The notes under the pieces were generated by a model. It ran no database searches, was not told the origin of the DNA, and was given only the letters and a program-made list of their open reading frames with translations. Of a stretch of DNA of 64,000 nucleotides, positions 44,001 to 56,000 are shown one piece after another. Position 1 is the stretch's first letter; every line of letters begins with the position of its first letter. Made by a program: the position numbers and the translations under genes. The DNA is from Macrostomum lignano (taxonomy: Eukaryota). Location: contig NIVC01000852.1 of NCBI GenBank assembly GCA_002269645.1, positions 62,001 to 126,000 of the forward strand, in the 5' to 3' direction.

Positions 44001-47000
44001 GCGACGTCTTTCTTACGAGCCGTAATTTTTTACTCTCCATAAAATCCCAACTTCTCCAATTCAGCTGGCAGAAGTTCATGAAGTTCCTGCAGCAGGCGCA
44101 GCAGGCCTACTTCGAAGCGCACCCGGAGGCGCCCAGGCAGGAATCGGCCAAGACCGTCAGTGCGGCGATCAACGCGAGTCTTCAATCGCTCAGCGGGACC
44201 AGCTCGGTAAATACCGCGGGTTCAACATGCGACCTTGTGTGATATTGCTTGTCGTACCAGAACATAATTGACTGCATTAGTTTACTTTGCACCGTCTTGC
44301 AGGCAGCCAGCAGTGCCACCTGGTCCACGGTGACCCTCGCATCAACGGAGAGCGGCGACGAAGTCGTTGAGAATGGCAAAGACAATCGCAAAGACGGTTT
44401 GCGAGGCCAATCGCCAGCTAAGAAGTCGATCGGAATCAACGGGTCCAGGAGTTCGTTTGCTGCTGCTTCTGGAATCGAAGCCGTTCCAACCCCTGCAGTG
44501 GCGCACCTGGGAGGTGGCAGTAAAAATCAACTGGCGATACCGCATCAGCAGCACCCAGCAGCACAGCTGACGCCGTCTCCTATTCAGCATCCGACAGCGA
44601 TGGCAATCAGGCAGCTGGAAATCAAATGCAGATTTGGCGAGCGGCTGATCACGTGTCCAGATGACATACAATGGACCGACGGGGCGACCACGGAGGTGCA
44701 GCCGGAGCCCGTTGACCGGCTCGAACTGGACTGGGTGTAAGGTGGAAGCATAGATGTAGATTAGGGATCGGCAAACTCCTGCCCGAAGGGCCGCATGTGG
44801 TGCACAAAAACTTCAAAACAGCAATCCGGCCCCGCTAAAGGTTTTTGTCTCTTCTCAGCTCCCTTCTCTACAATCTTCTCTCCTTCTCTCTCGTCTCCTC
44901 TCCTCTCCTCTCCTCTCCTCTCCTCTCCTCTCCTCTCCTCTCCTCTCCTCTCCTCTCCTCTCCTCTCCTCTCCTCTCCTCTCGTCTCCTCTCGTCTCCTC
45001 TCCTCTCCTCTCCTTCACTTCTCTCTTCTTTCCTCTCCTCTCCTCTCCTCTCCTCTCCTCTCCTCTCCTCTCCTCTCCTCTCCTCTCCTCTCCTCTCCTC
45101 TCCTCTCCTCTCCTCTCCTCTCGTCTCCTCTCGTCTCCTCTCCTCTCCTCTCCTTCACTTCTCTCTTCTTTCCTCTCCCTTCTCTCCCTTCTCTACAAGC
45201 TCTTCTCTCCCCTCCTATTTCATCTCTTTTCTCCTCTCGTCCTTTTTCCCCTATTTTCGTTTTTCCCTCGTCTCTAAGTTCTCCTATCTCTCTTCTCTAC
45301 TCCCCTCTTCTTTATCCCCTCCTCTGGCTCGCAGCCATGCGCTGGGTTCTCTATCTGTGCCTTAAGGTAAAAAACTTTGCTGACCCCCAGGTGTAGACGC
45401 TGATGGAAAGCCATTGGAAATGTTTGACAAAATTCTCACGTGCCGCACTGGCGATGGCATGACCGAAAAACTCTGTTTCCTCCTCTTAAGCTACGGTTAC
45501 CGGGGCAACGACTGTCGAAAGAACCTGGCATCGCTGCCGAGCACGGGCGAGCTGGTCTACCCCACCGGCCGGCTGGTCGTACTGCTCAGCTACTCACCTG
45601 ACGGAAGCGGCTCAAAGCAGAGGCACTATCGAGAGCATGCTGGCGATGTAAAAAGGTAATTTGATAGCTTGATTTGATAGCTTAGCTTGAGAGAAGAGGG
45701 GAGAGAAGAGGGGAGAGAAGAGGGAAGAGAAGAGGGGAGAGAAGAGGGGAGAGAAGAGAGGAGAGAAGAGAGGAGAGAAGAGGGGAGAGAAGAGAGGAGA
45801 GAAGAGGGGAGAGAAGAGGGAAGAGAAGAGGGGAGAGAAGAGGGGAGAGAAGAGGGGAGAGCAGAGGGGAGAGAAGAGGGGAGAGAAGAGGGGAGAGAAG
45901 AGGGGAGAGAAGAGGGGAGAGAAGAGGGGAGAGAAGAGGAGAGAGAAGAGGGGAGAGAAGAGGGGAGAGAAGAGGGGAGAGAAGAGGGGAGAGCAGAGGG
46001 AAGAGAAGAGGGGAGAGAAGAGGGGAGAGCAGAGGGGAGAGCAGAGGGGAGAGCAGAGGGGAGAGCAGAGGGGAGAGAAGAGGGGAGAGAAGAGGGGAGA
46101 GCAGAGGGAGAGAAGAGGGGAGAGAAGAGGGGAGAGAAGAGGGGAGAGAAGAGGGGAGAGCAGAGGGGAGAGAAGAGGGGAGAGAAGAGGGGAGAGAAGA
46201 GGGGAGAGAAGAGGGGAGAGAAGAGGGGAGAGCAGAGGGGAGAGAAGAGGGAGAGCAGAGGGAAGAGAAGAGGGGAGAGCAGAGGGGAGAGAAGAGGGGA
46301 GAGAAGAGGGGAGAGAAGAGGGGAGAGCAGAGGGGAGAGAAGAGGGGAGAGAAGAGATAAAAAGAGAGTGCTGAAAAGAGACATGAACCTTGAGCGGGCC
46401 GGATTGCCATTGTGAAGTTTCACAAGACCCGAGGGCCAGATGAAGAGGCTTCGCGGGCCGCATGTGACCAGCAGGCCGGAGTTTGCCGACTTCTGTTGTC
46501 GAATGAAACGGGGATGTTATGCGTCACAGTGGATTGAGGACAATGAAATTCATGCCTTTTTTATTCGTAAACTCCATATTTAGACCTCTACTATTGAAGT
46601 GACCTCTACTAGTCCGCTCAGAGAGTGTACATGCCTAAAGATTAGAAAGTCTGGGCCTGCGTACAGTATTAAATCTGCTCAGGAGTCAGCGAAATTGGCA
46701 GAATTGACTCAGGCCTGGTTGCGCGACCATGTCGCCGAAAGCGTTGCGTCATGGTGCAACTTTTATTGAGGTCAAATTTACTATTTTCTCATCGTGTGTT
46801 TCTTTCTTTTCTGCAGCCTCTGTCTGCACCCGGACGGCAACACCATTGCCAGTGGCGGCTGTGGCGGCGGCGTACGCGTTTGGAGCACCGCCACCCTGGA
46901 GACGGACGCCGAACTATGTGACAGCGAAGCCTCTTCTGCAGCTTCGTCAATCGTGTGTCTGGTCTTTCTGGACCCCGATGTAAGCTTTACCTCCTAGAAG

Positions 47001-50000
47001 GCGTAAATTATGGTAAAAATTCCTTTCAGGACAAGATTGACTTGCGGCTCGTAAACTCTAGGCGAGAGATGTTTAATTAGCAATGTCTCTTGCTACTTTG
47101 TGAGCTGTTGTACTCTGAGCACACAAGCTGGGCAAACACAAACAATCATAATGGCTTGCCAATGGAAAGCTACTGACATGATTTCTCTTGAAGTCCTGAG
47201 TAATTGAGTGGGAGCATGAGAAACTTTGTTCAAGTTATTGTTACATTGCAGGCTGCCGAAAAATGAATCATAAGTAAACCATCTACTCACAGAAAAGGAT
47301 TGTTTGCCCTTTGGTCGAACTTGCATAAGAGAAGAAGTACTGTAGCAGTACTTCATGGACTCACTTGAGTCCCCAGCTCAAACTCTGACGCGTGCCGCTC
47401 CTTGTACCGGAAAAACGTGCCGCTGTTTTGTGCATAGATGCCGATCTCCCGACCGCTCCATGAGACAACCGAGCCAGCTCAATCGCATACTCTCAGCTTC
47501 ATCAGCTCACATAGCAACAGACTCAGAGTCAAGCATGAAGTGGCAGCTCGCTCTCGGACTTCTGCTCTGCGCGGCTCTGGCCGCCGCCGTGCCCAGCCAG
47601 CAGGAGGAGGCCGAGACCACCTCGGCTCTGGAGGCCGTGGCCAACCTGGAAGAGTCCGGCCTGACGGAGGAGGGCTTCCAGCAGCTGGCCAAGAAGGGCA
47701 TCCGCATCAGGAAGGTGGTCCGCGTCATCAGGAACATCAAGAAGGTCGCCCACGCCATCGCCAACTGAAGATCTACAAGACAATGAATGACACAACGGAC
47801 CAGACTTTACTAGCTTTCCAACGATTTTCAAAAGGCCTAAAAAGCGCTATGTAATATGATAATATAAAGTTCTAATACCATCTGGAATTTGTCAACTAAG
47901 TACTCTAAAATACACGCGTAACAGGATCCTTCATTTATTAACATTTTTACTATCAATGTGTTGACTAATTTAACAAAAACCAGCGTACAGTCCTGTATAT
48001 GAGCAAAAACCGAGTGTGTTCGTATATAGTCTATAGCGGATCGTCTGTCTTAGCTTAGCATGCCATTTTGATCTCGACTTTAGCAGGAGTGACTTCAATT
48101 TCGGCAAGTCCACGGATGAAAAATTCTTAACCTATCGGCAGCAGTTTGTCTTTGGCCATCAGTTGAAACATTATTAACCTATCGGCAATTTGTCTATGGG
48201 CATCAGTTGAAACATTATTAACCTATCGGCAATTTGTCTATGGGCATCAGTTGAAACATTATTAACCTATCGGCAATTTGTCTATGGGCATCAGTTGAAA
48301 CATTATTAACCTATCGGCAATTTGTCTATGGGCATCAGTTGAAACATTATTAACCTATCGGCAATTTGTCTATGGGCATCAGTTGAAACATTATTAACCT
48401 ATCGGCAGTTTGTCTATGGGCATCAGTTGAAACATTATTAACCTATCGGCAATTTGTCTATGGGCATCAGTTGAAACATTATTAACCTATCGGCAATTTG
48501 TCTATGGGCATCAGTTGAAACATTATTAACCTATCGGCAATTTGTCTATGGGCATCAGTTGAAACATTATTAACCTATCGGCAGTTTGTCTATGGGCATC
48601 AGTTGAAACATTATTAACCTATCGGCAATTTGTCTATGGCCATCAGTTGAAACATTATTAACCTATCGGCAGTTTGTCTATGGGCATCAGTTGAAACATT
48701 ATTAACCTATCGGCAGTTTGTCTATGGCCATCAGCTGAAGCGTGTGCATTAAACTTTGGCGACACAAGTGAACACTGATGCCGAACAGCGTATGTCTGAG
48801 CAGCGAGCGATAACATTCAAATCTATTACTTCTCATGCTGCGTTTCATTTATGTGTGTACAGAAGTTCAGCCTAATATTTTAACTTTAAACTTTGAAATT
48901 TATTTACAGTTAGCTAAGTTTAACAGTCATTTTTTCAACTTTTTTAATCCGTACTTTGTTAAAGTGCAATGAATTCAAACGTCAGTTTAACTTGAAAGGG
49001 ATCTTAACTCTCATTCCTAGATAAACCTTGAATATTCACAGTTTAACTTGGAATTTAACCAGGAATCGGCTTGAATTTTTTAAGCGGGATATCGCTGCAG
49101 GATCGAGAACGCAGTGACAGGGAGACTGTTTTATGTTTTATCTTCAATTCAAACCAGAGCGGTGTGAATATGCAATGAATTATATACCAAGGACGACTTA
49201 AGTAGAAGGACGGGAAACCTCGTTTCTTAGAATTTTTTTGAAGGCACTTTTTTCCGAAAAAATACACTGCGGAGATAGGAAATTTTCATTTTTTCAGCAC
49301 AAAAATTGCTATAACTTTTGATAGGAGGCAGATCCAGTGTTGATCTTTTGATATGTTGTGCCTTTTTTATTGCTCTATCGATATTTATAAAGCTTTCCGT
49401 TCAGAAAATTAGGATTCTATGTTAATTTTTTATTCTACGTATATTTTCATGTGTCTTGTGCTTGAAATACATTAGAATGCCACGGCTTGGCTCTTTGATT
49501 TTATGAGTCTATTTTATCCTTCTTACCTGACTGTATAGCAAATAGTCGTAACATAGATGATAAAATAGATTCATAAAACCAAATATTGGAGCTGTGTCAT
49601 GCCTTTTTGTGATTTTTAGATGCAGGAAATATACGTAGAATAAAAAATTAACATAGAATCCTAATTTTCTGAACGGAAAGCTTTATAAATATCGATAGAG
49701 CAATAAAAAAGGCACAACATATCAAAAGATCAACACTGGATCTGCCTCCTATCAAAAGTTATAGCAATTTTTGTGCTGAAAAAATGAAAATTTCCTATCT
49801 CCGCAGTGTATTTTTTCGGGAAAAAGTGCCTTCAAAAATTTTCTAAGAAACGAGGTTTCCCGTCCTTCTACTTAAGTCGTCCTTGTTATATACATGCAGG
49901 ATTCTTCTGGTTGAGAGTCAGACCAAAATTTCACGCAGTTAGATCTACTTTATTCTTTAGTTTATTTGGTCGGCCTCGAACCATCCACCATCAACATTAT

Positions 50001-53000
50001 GTAATTCCGCATTCATTCCACCATCGCAACAGCGCCTGATATCCGTGGACGACAGCTCGCCTCAACCGCAGCTGAAGCTCTGGAGCCTCGAGTCCCGATC
50101 GATTCTCGCCATGGTTCGACCGTCTGCAGCTGTTGTCTGCGACGTCACTGTGAGCCCCGGCGTCGACGGCGCGTTCGTGACGGTCGGGCGCGGCCACATC
50201 GCCTGGTGGCGTCATTGGGATCGCGATGGCGATGGTAAGAAACAGCTGCAGCTGGTCCGAGAGGGTGACGTGACTGCCCTGTCGGCGAGGTACGTGGTTA
50301 GCGCGGTCTACTGCACCGATGGCCTGCTGGTCACTGGCGACTCAAGCGGAGGAGTTGCCGTGTGGGATGACGCCGATCCGGAGAACGAGAGTAGCGGCTG
50401 TCGAATAATACGACTGGGAAGCCAGCTGCATCAGGTGTGAAGCATTTAATTTTCGGTTTTGTATTTATATTTTAGGAGTTTATATGCTTCTATATTAGAC
50501 AGAAGACATGAGCCTTTTTACAATAAAAGCAATGTTCACAATTGTTGAGCAGCCGAAGAAACTTCTACTGAGTGACCGGTGGTCCGAGGAGTAAGGAACT
50601 CATAAGAAGCTCGAAGTAGGGAATTCGAGCAGTGCTCAATCCTGATGTGTTCCTTATTACCAGTCCTCAACTGTAATCAAGGAACAATCACTTCTAGCTA
50701 CTTGCTAGGCAACCCAGTTATCAGATAAAGGTATCACTTACCTTTAGTTGTATCCTCCGTTGAGTACTCTTTTTAGATCTCGCTGTAGGTCTAGTCACCA
50801 GTAGTTCTGGTCTCAGATGATCCGTAGATCAGGCGCCTTGTCTCTTCTTTGGTTCTGGTCCTGGTTCTTCTTGGACTTTCGATGAAGTTCCTTCCGGCCG
50901 GTATCTGCAGTCAGGACCAATCAGAGGCCTCGTATCAACAATGGGTACCCTGCGCCGAACAGCGGTTCGAGTTAAGCCTCCTTCTTCTAGCAGTGCCTCT
51001 ATGCACTCTAGGTATAGCTCCGGAAACCACTGATAGTCTTCTAAGATCTATCAGTGGCAGTCCTTCTGGAGACTGCAACCAGTAGAGTCTAAACAGACTC
51101 AAGAGTCTCAACAGACTCAACTAAACTCAAGTAACACTAGACTTGAGCGAGACGTCTCTAACACAACGGGCGCAAATAAGGAAGGCTTACCGCAACAACT
51201 CGACCGAGTCTCGATTGACTTGGTGATCAGGAAGTCCTCCTAAGGCTTCCTCTTCGGAGCTTCTCCTCTCGTCGGGAGTTGGCTCCTGGTCCGCTTCGGA
51301 CCGCTTGTATTTATAGGCGAATTTGCAGTCCAAAATAGCATTACAACTCATGTGTTGCGCTAAAAGGGTAACATAACTTATTGCGTATTATACAGTAACA
51401 TGGTTAATTGTTAAGTTTCAGTTGCGCATGCGTGCACTTACCTACTTACAGTAGCATCCTATGATTAACTTCTTTTACCTTTTTTACGGGAGGTAGAACA
51501 CTCTACAATCCGTTGACCCGGATACGAACGAAGGCACACGCTCCCACAGGATGTACATCGGCCCAGACTATCTCATAATCGGGCAGTGTACTCGTCATAC
51601 GCACTCGGCCTTTGTGTTTGGCCCTCAATACTGTGGACTATAAGGGAATTTTCCTAGGACTTGGACAGGCTCAAAGACGGAAAATACAATCTACAGCTAC
51701 TATTACCTGCCTATCTGAACAGGGTCCCGTGTTCACCTTACTGGAGCTCCTATTCAATGACCAGAACTGGATTCTCAGCGGCGGTCGCGATGGGCGCCTG
51801 TTAGTCTGGCGCGCATCCGACATGCCACCAACAATGAGTCCTGATGAAAATCGCCAAGAAACTGGCTCGTCAACTTCGTTAAAAAAACAAAATGAATCGT
51901 CAGCCGTGAGCAGTCTGGCCCTGCCAGAGGAAGCTGCAGGCAACGCCGGAATTCGTTGCGTCTGCGCCTGCAAGACTGCTGGTGGCGCAGAAAAAGACGC
52001 TGCCGATAACGCAAGTCAGCAGGACCAGGACATTGGCGGCATTCTGCTGGCGCTTGGCACCACAACCAATGCCATCTTTCTGTGCCGTCTCCCAGCGCCA
52101 GGAGCACGTGAAACCGAAGTAACTTCTGGAGACGACTCAGAGCATACTCCGGAGAACCCTCTGGCGGAGGCGCAGCTGCTTCCAGATCCACTGACTGCCG
52201 GGCACTACGATCGGCTGCGCAGCCTCGGCGGCCTGACCAGCCACCCGTCTGTCTTCGTCACGGCCGGCTACGACAGCCAGGTGCGAATGTACAATGCCGA
52301 GTCCCACCGGTGTCTGCACACTGCCGTTCTACCGGTAAGTGCTGAGCAGCTTTAACTTCTTTATTATTGATTGTAATCAGTGTCCAAGACTTACTGGGAC
52401 TTCCTTCCTTCCTTCCTTCCTTCCTTCCTTCCTTCCTTCCTTCCTTCCTTCCTTCCTTCCTTCCTTCCTTCCTTCCTCCTTCCTTCCTTCCTCCCTTCCT
52501 TCCTTCCTACCTTCCTTCCTTCCTTCCTCCCTTCCTTTCTTCCTTCCTTCCTTCCTTCCTTCCTTCCTTCCTTCCTTCCTTCCTTCCTTCCTTCCTTCCT
52601 TCCTTCCTTCCTTCCTTCCTTCCTTCCTTCCTTCCTTCCTTCCTTCCTTCCTTCCTTCCTTCCTTCCTTCCTTCCTTCCTTCCTTCCTTCCTTCCTTCCT
52701 TCCTTCCTTCCTTCCTTCCTTCCTTCCTTCCTTCCTTCCTTCCTTCCTTCCTTCCTTCCTTCCTTCCTTCCTTCCTTCCTTCCTTCCTCCCTACCTTCCT
52801 TCCTTCCTTCCTTCCTTCCTTCCTTCCTTCCTTCCTTCCTTCCTTCCTTCCTTCCTTCCTTCCTTCCTTCCTTCCTCCCTTCCTTCCTTCCTACCTTCCT
52901 TCCTCCCTTCCTTCCTTCCTTCCTTCCTTCCTCCCTTCCTTCCTTCCTACCTTCCTTCCTCCCTTCCTTCCTTCCTTCCTTCCTTCCTTCCTTCCTTCCT

Positions 53001-56000
53001 TCCTTCCTTCCTTCCTCCCTTCCTTCCTTCCTTCCTTCCTTCCTTCCTTCCTTCCTTCCTTCCTTCCTTCCTTCCTTCCTTCCTTCCTTCCTTCCTTCCT
53101 TCCTTCCTTCCTTCCTTCCTTCCTTCCTTCCTTCCTTCCTTCCTTCCTTCCTTCCTTCCTTCCTTCCTTCCTTCAATTCATCCTAAAATGGAACCCACCA
53201 AAACCTACTGTATTTTCTGTTTGTGTGGCCGGCCTCAGCACTATTACACGATCTTATCTTCAGAAAAAGTGCATCTCTAGCGTTCTGTGGCACAGCAGCG
53301 GAACGCTGATCCTGGGAACTAGAACTGGTCAGCTGATCATTCTGCAGCGGTCCGGCTCCGTTCTGTGCCAGGTTTTCAAACGGAGGACGGCCAGACACAA
53401 AATCACTGCAATCGCAACCGCTCCCTGTGAGTTTCAACTTGGCGTTGATGTTTCCTTTGTTTGAAGCTTTGTAAGCAGCTTATCGGCTGAAGAGGAGGCA
53501 GACCCAATGTTCATATTTGTAAAGCTTTCTGCTTATAAAATTAGGATTGTACGGGTAGGTTTAACTTTTTTGTCCAACGTACATATTTTGTGACTAAAAA
53601 TAATAAAAATGACACAATTTAATTCATTCGTATTATGAATCTTTTTATTCATTATTAGCTTATTGATTATGTTACTAAATTAATTTTTAACTGCAATAGT
53701 TCAAGCATTCAGCCAAATGAGACAACACTGACTAGGCTAAGTTTTTTGTCATAAATATGGTCTATAATAGCCCGATTAAAACATTATATTCTACGTTACC
53801 CTCGTATGAAGGCTCACTACTGATGAGTGTGAAGACTATAAAATTATCATTTATTATTAGTTTTAAAATTTGAACATTGGATCTGCCTCCTATCAAAAGT
53901 AATTAAAAATTTTTGCTGAAAAATGAAAATCTCCATTCTCCAAAAACGTATTTCGAGCGTATTTGGTAAAAACTGCCTCCTAAAATTTTATATAAACAAT
54001 CCGCCCCTTCAAATTTTGACATTGACAACTGCAAAATTCTATAATAATGTTATACTAACCAACAGGGGTCGTAGCCTAGCGATTAGAGCGATGGACTCAC
54101 GACTTGAAGGTCGGGTGTTCGATTCCCGATCCCACTGAGAACAATCTGTGTCCTTGAGCAAGACACTTAACTCTGCATTGCTTCAGTTCACCCAGCTGTA
54201 AAATGGGTGCCAGCATTAGCTGGGGCAATTGAGGCTGTGTGGCGACCCCCCAGTCCTTGGACTGAACAGCCGTACGCAGCCTTCAGATGCGCCGCGCAAT
54301 TGCTGCGGCAGAGCTGTCGGTTGCACATCTACCTATTAGGGCAGGTTTAATCAATTATTATTATTTAATAACCCACAGAAGTGAATCCTGACTACCCTAC
54401 AGCTTTTGACAATTTCTTAAGTCACATTAATTGACCAGACGAAGTAGATCAATCGAAAAACGCACTTGCTTGTTGAAGAGTGCATAAACTGAGTGGATGA
54501 AAAGTTTGCTTTTCCCACTCCAGCCGGCGAGATGGTTGCCGTTGGAGACGCCCGCGGCAGGATCTACTTTATCGAGCAGCGCAGGCATCAGCCTCAGCTG
54601 TCAGCTTCTCTGACGCGGCCAACTTCTACGGAGCAGGACAGGTCCGATGCTCCACAGTCATCGGCTGCCGAGCTTCGCAGCAGCTCCTGGCTCGTCGTTG
54701 GTGAGATTTGCGTCCTCCGTCGGCCGTCGAGGCCATCGACTTTGCCAGCGACCGATTCGAGGGCTCCCTGCTGCTGCGTGCCAGCAACCGTATCGCCGAG
54801 CTGGCTTTCTGTGAGCTTTAAAAGCTTTGTAAACTGTTGAAGAGTGACGAATGCTGTTGGCTTGCAGCCTAGTAGTCAGAGCGGGGATCGAACCCCAAGG
54901 TCGGGGGTTCGATTCCCGATCCCACTAAGAACAATTTGTGTCCTTGAGCAAGACACTGAACGCTGCATTGCTTCAGTTCACCCAGCTGTAAAATGGGCGT
55001 GCCAACATTAGCTGGGGTAATTGAGGCTGTGTGGCGACCCCCTTCCCAGTCCTTGGACTGAACAGCCGTACGCAACCTTCAGATGCGCCGCGCAATAGCT
55101 GCGGCTGAGCTGTCGGTTGCACATCTGGCCATGAGGGCAGGTGTAATCAATAATAATTATTATTACGAGCCATTTTTTTGTAAACTACGAAAATTCGATG
55201 TACATTCGACGCTGGGTCGGAGCGCTAACCCAACGGTTCTGTACAACTTCTTACAAACAATGACCCCTAAATACATTCGGAAGCGAGGGATGTTTAACAA
55301 ATAAAATCTTTACTTTATCAACATTCTTGAGGCCAAGTTTCTAAACGAAAACTGTTCTCCTTTCCAAAGTTCTGTTGGGACTAAGACTAAGACTATTGAG
55401 ATGGGTTGCAGCTAATGGAAGTTGAGTCAAATTGTCTGCCCCGACTTAAGTAATATGAAAATTATTGACTTTGACAGGCGACGCAACAAACTTTCACCTG
55501 ACCACTGGGGAGGAGCGATTTCGCAATGTGACCTGGAGTACCCATAGCTGCCTATGTTGCTACTATTCTGTTGGTAAGAGATCGAGCACTTTATAATCTG
55601 TGCGATAATTGGTGCTTGATCGGACTCGTTCAAATGGATTTATTACAGTAATATTCAATTCTCCGTATAGGTGTGTGGAACTCAGAGGTGGCCGCCAAGA
55701 GAAACATCACAGCAATGGACGCCTGTCCGTCACGGAACCTGCTGGCGGTGGGATTGGACACGGGCCAAGTGCTGCTGTACAGGATGCCCTGCATCAGTTC
55801 GAAAGTAAGCGGCATCTACGGCCATTAATGTTGGATGCTGTTGGGTAGAGTTGGTTGGTGTCCGGTTGATGTTGGATGCTGTTGGGTAGAATTGGTTGGT
55901 GTGCAGTTGATGTTGGATGCTGTTGGGTAGAATTGGTTGGTGTGCAGTTGATGTTGGATGGTGTTGGGTAGAATTGGTTGGTGTGCAGTTGATGTTGGAT

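Noticed and set aside
48130-48735. CRISPR-like array (also the 40-, 41- and 42-bp arrays)
   Set aside because: The units are contiguous with no unique spacers, there are no cas genes, and the context is eukaryotic.
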